Shown in pieces: positions 1 to 12,500 of a DNA stretch of 64,000 nucleotides. This DNA is from Scyliorhinus canicula (taxonomy: Eukaryota), in contig NC_052164.1 of NCBI RefSeq assembly GCF_902713615.1, forward strand, positions 101,717,235-101,781,234, in the 5' to 3' direction. The position numbers and the translations under genes were made by a program. Position 1 is the stretch's first letter; each line of letters starts with the position of its first letter. The notes below the pieces were generated by a model, which saw only the letters and a program-made list of their open reading frames with translations, was not told the origin of the DNA and did no database searches.

Positions 1-546
1 GTCCCACCAGCAGAACATACAATGCACATTTGCTGCAATGCAAATGGTGCTAAATGGTGCACATGAATGAAACCCTCAAAAAGCTGGAGAGACAAAGGAG
101 GTCTCAAATAAAATTGCAATGGGAAGAGTCGATCAGGAAATACACAAAAAGCTATGAAATATCAGAAACTCTCACCTAAACTCCTGACTAATCACCCTGC
201 CAAGGCATCAGTCCACTTTTACCACACCCTGGCTTCAGAAATCAATCAAAACTGAATGGCCACCTGTCCATGTTGCCTGAGCGCCGATCGGAACATTGCG
301 TGGACAACGTAAAATAGCAGACAATTGGCTTTTTAATGGGCTTAATTGCCCGGTTGATTGTTGGCGGGCACACGTCCGACTCCCACGCGTGCCCATTGAC
401 TGAAGCATTGCTCCTGGGCATGATGATATCGGGGCGAAGGCACAACACGTCTTGCACGATTTCACGCGTGTTCATGTCGGGCACATGCCTGCTACTACAG
501 TGTAGAATTCAGACCACTCACACACACCGGGCTCAAACACACTCAA

Positions 547-865
547 GGGCAGCACGGTAGCGCAAGTGGATAGCACTGTTGCTTCAGGGCCCCAAGTTCG
601 ATTCCCGGCTGGGTCACTGTCTGTGCAGAGTCTGAACGTTCTCCCCGTGTCTGCGTGGGTTTCCGCCGGGTGCTCCGGTTTCCTCTCACAGTCCGAAGAC
701 TTGCAGGTTGGGTGGATTGGCCATGCTAAATTGCCCTTAGTGACCAAAAAGATTAAGAGGGCTTATTGGGTTACGGAGATAGGGTGGAAGTGAGGGCTTA
801 AGTGGGTCAGTGCAGACTTGATGGGCCAAATGGCCTCCTTCTGCACTGTATGTATGTTCTATGTT
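547..865 (+). mobile_element. HE1-type tRNA-derived SINE with CR1/HER1-type 3' tail
   Basis: GGGCAGCACGGTAGC head with B-box GTTCGATTCC; body ttctccccgtgtctgcgtgggtttcc...ggtggattggccatgctaaattgccc; tail gggccaaatggcctccttctgcactgta...ttctatg. Confidence 0.9.
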
Positions 866-875
866 TGCTCTTCCA

Positions 876-1190
876 CCACATACACACACACACACACAAT
901 CACACAGTCACATACATGTGTACACATACACACCTATACACTCACACCCCACGCAAACACACTTTCACTCATTCCCTACACATACGTGTGGACACACTCA
1001 CATACAATTTACACAGACACATATACATACATCCCATTCAACACACTTTCATTCATTCATACACACACACACGTACATGCACATACACATTCAATCACGC
1101 ACACACACTCACGTGCTCCCCAGTCAAACACACACTTTCACTCATTTACTCCACACACAAACACCATCACTCCCCCTCTTATTCACATAC
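876..1190. repeat. Degenerate (CA)n-rich low-complexity tract
   Basis: cacacacaca/cacataca/cactca runs; source of the His/Thr-rich ORFs. Confidence 0.9.
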
Positions 1191-1544
1191 ATAGAACATA
1201 GAACATAGAACAGTACAGCACAGAACAGGCCCTTCGGCCCTCAATGTTGTGCCGAGCCATGATCACCCTACTCAAACCCACGTAACCACCCTATACCCGT
1301 AACCCAACAACCCCCTCCTTAACCTTACTTTTTTATTAGGACACTACAGGCAATTTAGCATGGCCAATCCACCTAACCCGCACATCTTTGGACTGTGGGA
1401 GGAAACCGGAGCACCCGGAGGAAACCCACGCACACAGGGGGAGGACGTGCAGACTCCACACAGACAGTGACCCATCCGGGAATCGAACCTGGGACCCTGG
1501 AGCTGTGAAGCATTTATGCTAACCACCATGCTACCCTGCTACCC
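1191..1544 (-). mobile_element. HE1-type SINE, CR1-type tail with (TTCTATG)n
   Basis: Reverse complement of HE1 body; atagaac x3 tail at the left end; near-identical to 18447-18795. Confidence 0.9.
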
Positions 1545-1813
1545 ACAAAACAATACTTTATAAGGTGGCTTCAATCAGGCTTCCCTCCTATCTTTGTATC
1601 TTAGCATTTCCTGCCCTATAATAGTGACTCATGGTGGATTCATGCAGCATTCACACTCCTTCTGTTGTTTGCAGCACCACATTGACCAGGGCACGGTATA
1701 TTAACTAGACGGCAAATGTGCACTCAGTGTCCAGAAATGGAGTGAGTGATGAGTATGGTTTGAATCTGAATTCCATTCACCTTACTGTACCTTTTAAATT
1801 TTGGAAGATGATC

Positions 1814-2035
1814 ATTTTTAAAAATAAATTTAGAGTACCCGATTCATTTTTTCAAATTCAGGGCCAATTTGGCGCGGCCAATCCACCTACCCTGCACATC
1901 TCTGGGGGCGAAACCCACGCAGACATGGGGAGAATGCGCAAACTCCACACGACAGTGACTCAGAGCCGGGATCGAACCTGGGACCTCGGCGGCATGAGAC
2001 TGCCGTGGTAACAACAGCGCCACCTAGCTGCCCAC
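1814..2035 (-). mobile_element. Short HE1 SINE variant with A-rich tail, 16-bp TSD
   Basis: HE1 body; TSD attttggaagatgatc (1798-1813) / attttgggagataatc (2036-2051). Confidence 0.85.
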
Positions 2036-3149
2036 ATTTTGGGAGATAATCTGATGGGCACTTAAAATGGCCTTTTCAGTAAAGCAACATCGACCAATTC
2101 TCTGCCAGTGAGTGGATGTGTTGGCGTAGTTTAGGAACCAGCCACAAATTCGACCCCCGAGATTGCTGATCTCCATTGGCCTCAGCATCACTGAACAAGG
2201 AGCTCCTTTCCTGATCACCATTTAGGGATCTGTGTGCGGATATTCTTTAAGGGTTGCACAGAGCTCTCCTGTGGTCTCCACCCCTTGCCTTCCTCCACAG
2301 TTTGCCAATGTTCAACGTCCAACTTCACACGTTGATACCCCAAACCTGTTGACATCTGGAGACAGCAGCATGGCTGACATGTCTCCATCATTTATACAGC
2401 ACCTTTAACAAAGTAGGAGCAATTGCCAAATGAGAATTTTTTGGTCCAGGTGGAAATCAATATAGTTTTGCTGCTCTGTAAGTTATTGCATTAGATCCTT
2501 TCCCCTCCCAAACATTCCCCATTCTGGTTTTCCGCAATAACTAATTATTCAGTCTCTCGAGACTCCGGTCTCCCTCACCTCCCACTTCTGCTGATGCTGC
2601 ACCATTTTCCAGTTCAAACTCAGTCCCAGTCACTCTCCCTGGGCTAATATCCGGATTCACTGCATCATCACACACATAACCACCACTTCTTGATCGATTC
2701 CGCTTTCTGCCTATTCTACTCTCCTCCCCCTCGTTTCCACGTGTGGTAACTTGCGGCCCGAGGGAGAGATCAAGCAATGTAAGACATGTCAACTGGAGCT
2801 TCGTCTACCCTCTCAGCTAAAAGATGCCATGGCATCAAAAGCTGATTATGTGGTGGTTATCACGTTGTTGTTTGCGGATGTTTCCCGTGTGCAGATCGAC
2901 TGCTACATCTCTTAAGTTCCCACGGTGACTGCACTTCGAAAGGACTTCATTGATTAAAGGGCTTTGAGACATCATGGGGTCATAAAAGATGCTATGTAAC
3001 TGCACGCCTTCTTGTTTGTATCGAAGGGGAGCAGTATACAAGGACGGCAATGTAACAGCGATTGGAGCAGCATCTCAATATGTTTCTGGAGATTGAAGTG
3101 TAGACTGGGGTGAGAACATGGAGTTGGAATCAGAAAGGTTACGTCTGTT

Positions 3150-3252
3150 GGCAGTTCTGATGATGGAAGGTCACGGGCCTGAAATATTCGTTCCGCCTCT
3201 TTCTCCACAGAGGCAGCCTCACCAGTATTTCCAGCATGTTCCGTTTTTATCT
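3150..3252 (+). mobile_element. Penelope-like 3'/pLTR remnant with degenerate hammerhead core
   Basis: cagttCTGATGA-tgga-aggtc acg ggcct-GAAA followed by ttctccacaga...gtatttccagcat, which I recognise as a shark PLE terminus. Confidence 0.6.
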
Positions 3253-3408
3253 GCATGCAGTTATGATCTTATCATCGGCCCAGCGACATGGGCACTGGTG
3301 GTCTGGGCCTCTCCCTATCGAAGCAACCGCTGGGAAGGACTTGGAATCATCTGCAAACCAGTCAAAGGGTGGGATCTCGGACACTGGTACCCAGTGCTTC
3401 ATTTTCAG

Positions 3409-3721
3409 TGGGCGGCACGTTCGCACAGTGGTTAGCACTATTGCTTCACAGCGCCACGGACCCGGGTTCGATTCCCGGCTTGGGTCACTGTCTGTGTGGA
3501 GGCTGCACGTTCTCCCCGTGTCTGCGTGGGTTTCCTCCGGGTGCTCCGGTCTCCTCCCACAAGTTTCGAAAGACATGCTGTTAGGTGAATTGGATATTCT
3601 AAATTCTCCCTCTGTGTACCCGATCAGGCGCAGGAGTGTGGGGACTAGGGGATTTTCACAGTAACTTCATTGCAGTGTTAATGTAAGCCTACTTGTGACA
3701 ATAATAAAGATTATTATTATT
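3409..3721 (+). mobile_element. HE1 SINE variant with (ATT)n-type tail
   Basis: HE1 head/body, then ggggattttcacagtaacttcattgcagtgttaatgtaagcctacttgtgacaataataaagattattattat. Confidence 0.85.
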
Positions 3722-3957
3722 TTCCCAACATAACCATCAGTCTCCCTTACACTGGGCACATATTGTGGTTCACCTGTTTGGAAATAGTTGATAGGAGCAG
3801 GGTAGATGGGACGGAGAAATTAGAGGGTAATCAAATCCTCCAGCACAGTAAGAACCCATTCAGCCCATTATGACCATCCTGGTTCTTTGAAAGAGCTATG
3901 CAATGGGTTCTCCTCCTCCATCTCTTTCCCCATTTCTCTTTAATTTATGCTCTTCAG

Positions 3958-4191
3958 AGGGCAGCATGGTGGCACAGTGGTTAGCATTGCTGCCTCACGG
4001 CGCTGAGGACCCGGGTTCGAATCCCGGCCCTGGATCACTGTCCGTGTGGAGTTTGCACATTCGCCCCGTGTTTGCGTGGGTTTCACCCCCACAACCCAAA
4101 GATGTGCAGGGTAGGTGGATTGGCCATGCTAAATTGCCCCTTAATTGGAAAAAAAAATTGGGTACTCTAAATTTATTTTAAAAAATAAAAA
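3958..4191 (+). mobile_element. Short HE1 SINE variant with A-rich tail, perfect 16-bp TSD
   Basis: TSD aatttatgctcttcag at 3942-3957 and 4192-4207. Confidence 0.92.
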
Positions 4192-4737
4192 AATTTATGC
4201 TCTTCAGGTATTTATCTAATTTTAGAAAATACGATTGAATCCACAGCTAATACGCTTTCAGGCAGACCATTCCAGATCCGAACAACTCATTGTGGGAAAA
4301 AGGTAGAAGGGTTACTAATAAGAGCACACAGATTGGCAGGGGAAACAGCAAATGCCCTTCGTGTTTCGCATAGGTGCAGGGAACAGTGGTGGCTTATGAT
4401 AGATGGGAGGCGCTACAAACTTTATTACAGAGCTTGTTATTCGACATTGGAGTCTTAGGATGGCCTCATCATGTGTAGCAAGAAGAAGATTCCCTTGGCA
4501 TGAGTTTCAAGCCGTGCCTTGGATACCTAGCATGCGGGAATCTAGGCCTCCCTGGTGCCCCTGCCTCACTGAAGGTTCCTCCTGTCAGCCCCCACTTCCG
4601 CAATGTGTGCCTCCCTGGCCTCCTCATCACAACTGTCACTTAAGTCATCCTCTGTGACCATAGCCTATCCCAAAATGTTTGACAGGCAATTAAGTAATTT
4701 TTTGATAAAAGAAAATAAGTGCGGACATTGGAATCCG

Positions 4738-4838
4738 AAATGAAAACAAAAAAATACTGGAGAATCTCAGCAGGACTGACAGCATCTGTGGAGAGAGAAG
4801 GGAGCTAACGTTTTGAGTCTGGATGACTAACGCGAGCT
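4738..4838 (-). mobile_element. Penelope-like terminal remnant (hammerhead core lost)
   Basis: Reverse complement gtcatccagactcaaaacgttagctcccttctctctccacagatgctg...; same terminus type as 3150-3252. Confidence 0.6.
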
Positions 4839-4839
4839 C

Positions 4840-5100
4840 ACAGATTGGCAGGGGAAACAGCGATGACATGAGGGAAACCTTTGTTACACGGTGAGATGCT
4901 ATGACTTGGAATGCATGGCCTGAAATGGTGGTGGCGGCAGATTCAATAGTGATTCTGAAAATGTAATTGGATAAATACTTGAAGGGGGATAATTTGTAGG
5001 GAGCTGGGAAAAGAGAAGAGAGATGGGGCCAAATGGATAGCCAGCCCAGGTGTGATGGGCAGAATGGCCTCCTTCTGCATTGATGATTCAATGATTCTAA
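4840..5100 (+). mobile_element. CR1 LINE 3' fragment
   Basis: Decayed C-terminus of ORF2 (tggaatgca...gtggtggcggcagattcaat) and tail gggcagaatggcctccttctg...gattct. Confidence 0.7.
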
Positions 5101-5169
5101 CCTTTTGCAGATGTCATTTTCCTGAGCCACCAAAGGGGGGGGGGGGGGTGGACAGGGGAATGTCACAAA

Positions 5170-5500
5170 CAACAACAATAATTTGCATTTAAACAGCACC
5201 TTTGAACTCCATAACATCCCGAGGCATTGTGTGTGCAAACAAAACTTTTTACACTGTTATCGAAGAAGATATTTAAAGCAGATGACCAAAAGCTTGCTCA
5301 AAGAGGCAAGCCTCATAGGAAAGGAGGAAAGGAAGGAAGAAGAGAGGAGAGGTTAATTGAGGGAACGCGAGATCTTCAAGACTCGCCAGCTGAAGGCATG
5401 GCAGCCAATGACGGAGCAATTAAAATCAAGGATGCAAAAGAGGTCAAAATTGAAGTACTGTAGAAATCTTGCAAGACGGGAAGGGATGTTAGAGATAGAG
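5170..5500 (-). mobile_element. Old L2-like LINE 3' fragment
   Basis: Reverse of an L2-type tail (aatttgcatttaaacagcacctt) and gatgaccaaaagcttg...cagctgaaggcatggcagccaatg. Confidence 0.55.
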
Positions 5501-6574
5501 CAGCTCAATATTGTCCTCATCTGATGCCCACACTCACCTTCTAACCAATATCGTGAAGTAGTCAAGAGTTAGGATCTTGGTTCATTCTGCCCCGCGGTAG
5601 CTCAGGAATACAGAGGCCAGTTGGGGCACCACCCAGCGGAGATCAGCGAAATCAGCACAGATCAGGGATTAGAGACTAGCTATTGCATAAACCAATTTAG
5701 TCTCATAATCCAAAATGCGGATATATAGACATTAAGGTGTTAACCCAAATCCGCTGTCTGGAACACTTCAAAGACTGGCGGAGAGCCACCTGCCCTTTGA
5801 TTAGGAACGCAGTGCATTGCCCAAAGAGAGAGCAGAAATCCTGTTCCAACTCCCCTACACCCATTATTGGAACTCAAGCAAATTCTGCAATGCTTTAATT
5901 GGCTAATTACAGGCTTGCGAACCCAGTTTGGAAACAGATCAACAGAAATACAAAAGCTCCAACAATGCTGATTTTGATAAGCTGAGCCCACAGGGTTGAG
6001 ACAGTTTAGAATCAACCCCAAAATTGCGTTGCCTCCCTCCCTAACCCCCACAGGAGTTGGATCATCATTTACAAGACTCAAGTTGCAGATGACTCAGAAA
6101 TGACTAAAAGGTTCACGTCATCCTTTCTCAAGTGACAGCTAATAGCTAAAGAATTTATTTCATTTTTTTTTCCTTCCATTGCCTGAGTCTGTTGAATATA
6201 AAAGTGAACATTCTGCTGCCAAATATTCATTAAAGGTTCCCTTCCCGGTCAAAATCCTCTGAAGGACAGACTGAATGAGCTGTTCCATTAACATCAGCTC
6301 CAGCAAGGCAAAAAGCATTGAACTGTGCAGCCCCAGCTCCCTTTGTGAGCATAGGTGGAATATTCCTGCACCATAATGTTTTTAATAAGTAATGCAAATA
6401 AATTGTACAGTTAAGCAAACCTGGATTCTGATGGAGGACTGCAGGACGTTTTAAGAATAATGGATACTCAGAAGTGAGTTACAGGCTGGAATCTAATTAA
6501 GGAGGACTGGGGTGGATTATACATAGAATAACAGATACCGGGACAGAGTTACAGTCTAGGATCGAATCGAAGAA

Positions 6575-8720
6575 TTCTACGTAGAATAACAGAAAGTGGG
6601 AAATTATCATGGGGAATAAGGAAATTACAGAGGTATTGAACATACATTTTTCATCTGTCTTTGCAGTAGAAGATGTGAGTTTCATACCAAATATAGATGG
6701 TAACCTAGGGGTTGAAAAGCGTGAGGAAATTAAGGAAAAGTATTGACGAAACGAGGCACTAAAATCTGGCAAATCCAAAGGACCTGATGGCCTTCACTCC
6801 AGGATTCTAAAGGAGGTAGCTGCAGAGATAATGGGCGAGATTCTCCCCTAACCGGTGGGGCGGGCTGTACCCACACCAAGGGGTGGCGTGAACCACTCCG
6901 GTGTCGGGCTGCCCGGAAGCTGCGGAATCCTCCCCAACTTCAGGGGCGAGGCCAGCACCGGTGGGGTTGGCGCCAACCGCCTCCGAAGGGCCACCGCCGG
7001 CCGGCGCGAGTTGGCACATGCGCGGGAGCGCCAGCGTGTACTGGCATCATCCAGTGGACCCTTACAGCGGCTGGCGCTGACGGAAAGAGTGCACCCACGG
7101 CACAGGCTCGCCTGCAGATTGGTGGGCCCCAATGGAGAGCAGGCCACCATGGCGCCCCCCCCCCCCACCCGGGGCCAGATCCCCCTGCGCCCCCCCCCCC
7201 CCCTCCCCCCAAAGGACTCCGCAGGCCAGCCGCAGAGCCAGGTCCCACCGGTACGGACCTGGTTTGATTGACGCCAGCGGGACTGGCCGAAAACGGGCGG
7301 CCGCTCAGCCCATCGCGGAGCGGAGAATCACCGACGCCACTGCCAACGGCCACCGACCGGCGCGACACGATTCCCGCCCCCACCAAAAAACCGGCGCCAG
7401 AGAATCTGGCAGCCGGCGCCGGGGCGGGATTCATGCTGCCCCCCGGCGAATCTCGGGGGGGGGGGGGGGGATCGGAGAATCCCGCCCAATAATTGCGCTG
7501 GCTGTAATTTTCCAAAATTCCTTCGATTCAGGAATGGTCCCATTGGTGTGGAAAGGTGGCAGAGAGGGAACAGTGAACCACAGGCCAGTTAGCCTGACAC
7601 CCGTCATTGGGAAAAAACTGGAAACTATTATGAAGGAAGTCTTAACAATGCACTGAGAAAAATGTAGCATGATTGGAACAAGTCAACGTGGTATTACTAA
7701 AGGGAAATCCTGTTTGATAAATGTATTAGAGTTTTTTGAGAATGTAACCGGTTGGGTATACAATGGGGAACCAGTGGATGTCGTATAACTTGATTTCCAA
7801 AGTACATTCAATAAGGTGCCATTTCATTTCATTTTTTCAAAATGTTAATTGGCAAGGTAAGGGCTCAGGGAGTTGGGGACATTAGTATGGATAGAGGACT
7901 GGTTAATGGACAGGAACTGGGAGTGGGCATAAATGGGGCTTTTTCAAGTTGGCAAACAGTAAATAGTGAAGTGATGGTGTCCAGCTATTTAGAATCTACA
8001 TTAATGACTTAGGTGAAGAGACAGAGAGTGAAGTATCTAAATTGCCGATGATACAAAGCTAGGTGGAAATGTAAGCTGTGGAGGGACACTGAGAGGCTGC
8101 AAAGAGTTTTGGCAGGTTAAGGAAGTGGGCAACAAGATGGCAGATGGAGTGTAATGTAGGGAAGTATGAAATAGTCACTTTGGTTGTAAGGGTAGAAAAG
8201 CAGAATATTTTTGAAGATGTGAAACTTGTAAGTGTTGATATTCAAAGAGACTTTAGTGCGCGCGTGCAAGGAGCAAAGAAAATTAGCATGTAGATACAGC
8301 AAGAAGTTAGGAAAAGAAATGGCATGATGGTCTTTAATGCAAGGGGATTGGGGTATAGAAATAAATAAATCTTGCTACACTTGCACAGGATTTTGGGCAG
8401 GCCATGTCTGGAATATCGTCTGCAGTTTTGTTTTACACATTTAAGAAAGGATATACTTGCACTGAAGCAGTGCAGTGAACGTTCACTAGATTGGTTCCTG
8501 GATGAGGGGGTTGGCCTATGATGAGAGTCGGAGTAAATTAGGTCTATATTCTCTGGAATTTAGAAGGAGAGAAGATCTTACTGAAACCTATCAGACCCAG
8601 AAGCCCCTTCGGGTGGACACTGAGTGATTGTTTCCACTGCTCAGGGAATCAGTCTCAGATACGGAGCTGATCGTTTAGGACTGAGATGAGGAGAAATTGC
8701 TTCACGCAAAGGGCTCCAAG
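6575..8720 (+). pseudogene. Degenerate CR1 ORF2 (RT region), interrupted by a TIR element
   Basis: Frameshifted peptides GPDGLHSRILKEVAAEI, NHRPVSLTPVIGKKLE, SKIADDTKLGG, RPCLEYRLQF are collinear with the intact ORF2 at 41218-44259. Confidence 0.9.
6833..7487. mobile_element. Non-autonomous PIF/Harbinger-type TIR element (655 bp)
   Basis: TIRs GGGCGAGATTCTCC / GGAGAATCCCGCCC; TSD AAT (6830-32, 7488-90); excision plus one AAT restores the host CR1 frame (AEIIIALAVIFQNS). Confidence 0.9.
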
Positions 8721-9539
8721 GTGGATTTGATAATGATTAACAGAAACCCAGGAATGAGTTACAATGAAATATAATCATGTGTTAAGATTAATCTGATTAG
8801 GGATGAATCCAGGATGTTGATCGTCGGGGACTCAGCAATGGTAATGCCTTTATAATTCAGGAGGGGGTATTTAGAGTCTCACTTGTTGGAGCTGGTCATT
8901 GCTTGGTAGTTGGGGTGCATGAATGTTACTTACCAGGTGTCAGCCCAAACATGGATGTTGTCCAGGTCTTGCTGCATGTGGGAGGAATTCCATAGCTTTG
9001 TCCATGACAGCTGAAGGCAAGGCTGCTAATGATGGACTGAAAGGAATGGGGATGACCAAGAGGTCAGAGTTGGCGGAGTGAGAGTTCATACTGTAAGAAT
9101 TAAAGAACACAATTGTAATTACCAGAGTGCTGTGTCATCTTGGATTCAGCTTCTAGTTACATATTGCCTTATCCTGATTGGACTGATTTATTATGACATG
9201 TCAGTCCTGCGATATGATTATTACCTCATACACACACTCCTGTTATTCCCAACGTAACGCTAAAAGCAATGGCTCTCCCAATCATTCACTGGCACAGTCC
9301 GTGCCCCGGATGTTCTAAACCTCACCCACCAGAAGGACCCAAATTTAATTCCTGTGCCCCCAGTTTGTACGGCGTTTGCTGATGTCTGCTGGAGCTGCAG
9401 CTGGTAGAATTGCGTCAGCGCATTTATGTTGGGAGTCCTGCCTTGGATTGTTGTTGAGTGACTCCGTTTGACAATCACTGAACAGCTTCCCACACAGGGA
9501 ATAGCTTCTTCTGAGATTACAAGAGTTTAAAAACCCATA

Positions 9540-12500
9540 AAACTGTATCCCAGTGACAGTCAGTGTCTTTACAAACTACCCCAGTGACAGTCAGTCTCTT
9601 CACAAACTGTACCCCAGTGACAGTCAGTCCCTTCACAAACTGTATCCCAGTGACAGTCAGTGTCTTTACAAACTACCCCAGTGACAGTCAGTGCCTTTAC
9701 AAACTGTACCCCAGTGACAGTCAGTGCTTTCACAAACTGTACCCCAGTGACAGTCAGTCCCTTCACAAACTGTACCCCAGTGACAGTCAATCCCTTCACA
9801 AACTGTATCCCAGCGACAGTCAGTCCCTTCACAAACTGTACCCCAGTGACAGTCAGTCCCTTCACAAACTGTACCCCAGTGACAGTCAATCCCTTCACAG
9901 ACTGTACCCCAGTGACAGTCAATCCCTTCACAAACTGTACCCCAGTGACAGTCAGTGCCTTTACAAACTGTACCCCAGTGACAGTCAGTCTCTTCACAAA
10001 CTGTACCCCAGTGACAGTCAGTCCCTTCACATACTGTACCCCAGTGAGTCAGTCCCTTCATAAACTGTACCCCAGTGACAGTCAGTCCCTTCACAAACTG
10101 TACCCCAGTGACAGCCAGTGCTTTCACAAACTGTATACCAGTGACAGTCAGTCCCTTCTCAAACTGTATCCCAGTGACAGTCAATCCCTTCACAAACTGT
10201 ATCCCAGTGACAGTCAGTCCCTTCACAAACTGTATCCCAGTGACAGTCAATCCCTTCACAAACTGTATCCCAGTGACAGTCAATCCCTTCACAAACTGTA
10301 CCCCAGTGACAGTCAATCCCTTCACAAACTGTATCCCAGTGACAGTCAATCCCTTCACAAACTGTATCCCAGTGACAGTCAATCCCTTCACAAACTGTAT
10401 CCCAGTGACAGTCAGTCCCTTCACAAACTGTACCCCAGTGACAGTCAGTCCCTTCACAAACTATACCTCAGTGACATTCAGTCCCTTCGCAAACTGTATC
10501 TCAATGACAGTCAGTACCTTCGCAAACTGTACCCCAGTGACAGTCAGTCCCTTCACAAACTGTACCCCAGTGACAGCCAGTGCTTTCACAAACTGTACCC
10601 CAGTGACAGTCAGTCCCTTCACAAGCTATACCTCAGTGACATTCAGTCCCTTCGCAAACTGTATCTCAATGACAGTCAGTCCCTTCGCAAACTGTACCCC
10701 AGTGACAGTCAGTCCCTTCACAAACTGTACCACAGTGACAGTCAGTCCCTTCACAAACTGTACCCCAGTGACAGTCAGTCCCTTCACAAACTGTACCCCA
10801 GTGACAGTCAGTCCCTTCACAAACTGTACCCCAGTGACAGTCAGTCCCTTCACAAACTGTACCCCAGTGACAGTCAGTCCCTTCACAAACTGTACCCCAG
10901 TGACAGTCAGTCCCTTCACAAAATGTACCCCAGTGACAGTCAGTCCCTTCACAAACTGTACCCCAGTGACAGCCAGTGCTTTCACAAACTGTATACCAGT
11001 GACAGTCAGTCTCTTCACAAACTGTACCCCAGTGACAGTCAGTCCCTTCACAAAATGTACCCCAGTGACAGTCAGTCCCTTCACAAACTGTACCCCAGTG
11101 ACAGCCAGTGCTTTCACAAACTGTACCCCAGTGACAGTCAATCCCTTCACAAACTGTACCCCAGTGACAGTCAGTCCCTTCACAAACTGTACCCCAGTGA
11201 CAGTCAGTCCCTTCACAAACTGTACCCCAGTGACAGTCAGTCCCTTCACAAACTGTACCCCAGTGACAGTCAGTCCCTTCACAAACTGTACCCCAGTGAC
11301 AGTCAGTCCCTTCACAAACTGTAACCCAGTGACAGTCAGTCCCTTCACAAACTGTACCCCAGTGACAGTCAGTCCCTTCACAAACTGTACCCCAGTGAGT
11401 CAGTCCCTTCATAAACTGTACCCCAGTGACAGTCAGTCCCTTCACAAACTGTACCCCAGTGACAGTCAGTCCCTTCACAAACTGTATCCCAGTGACAGTC
11501 AGTCCCTTCATAAACTGTACCCCAGTGACAGTCGGTCCCTTCACAAACTGTAACCCAGTGACAGTCAGTCCCTTCACAAACTGTACCCCAGTGACAGTCA
11601 GTCCCTTCACAAACTGTACCCCAGAGACAGTCAGTCCGTTCACAAACTGTACCCCAGTGACAGTCAGTCCCTTCACAAACTGAACCCCAGTGAGTCAGTC
11701 CCTTCACAAACTGTATCCCAGTGACAGTCAGTCTCTTCACAAACTGTACCCCAGTGACAGTCAGTCCCTTCACAAACTGTACCCCAGTGACAGTCCCTTC
11801 ACAAACTGTACCCCAGTGACAGTCAGTGCCTTTACAGACTGTACCCCAGTGACAGTCCCTTCACAAACTGTACCCCAGTGACAGTCAGTCCCTTCACAAA
11901 CTGTAACCCAGTGACAGTCAGTGCCTTTACAAACTGTACCCAAGTGACAGTCAGTCGCTTCGCAAACTGTACCCCAGTGACAGTCAGTCCCTTCACAAAC
12001 TGTACCCCAGTGACAGTCAGTCCCTTCACAAACTGTACCCCAGTGACAGTCAATCCCTTCACAAACTGTACCCCAGTGACAGTCAGTCCCTTCACAAACT
12101 GTACCCCAGTGACAGTCAGTCCCTTCACAAACTGTATCCCTGGTGACAGTCGGTCCCTTCACAAACTGTATCCCAGTGACAGTCAGTCCCTTCACAAACT
12201 GTATCCCAGTGACAGTCAGTCCCTTCACAAACTGTACCCCAGTGACAGTCAGTGCCTTTACAAACTGTATCCCAGTGAGTCAGTCCCTTCACAAACTGTA
12301 CCCCAGTGACAGTCAGTCCCTTCACAAACTGTACCCCAGTGACAGCCAGTGTGTTCACAAACTGTATCCCAGTGACAGTCAGTCCCTTCACAAACTGTAC
12401 CCCATTGACAGTCAGTGCCTTCACAAACTGTACCCCAGTGACAGTCAGTCCCTTCACAAACTGTACCCCATTGACAGTCAGTCCCTTCACAAACTGTACC

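Noticed and set aside
547-625. tRNA genes suggested by A/B boxes
   Set aside because: They are SINE heads continuing into HE1 bodies; no complete cloverleaf
802-1208. His/Thr-rich ORFs
   Set aside because: Translation of a degenerate CA repeat
10731-10759. V(D)J RSS-like CACAGTG-13 bp-TCACAAACT
   Set aside because: Only this unit has the essential CAC (the usual unit reads CCCAGTG); nonamer 6/9; no V, D or J segments nearby
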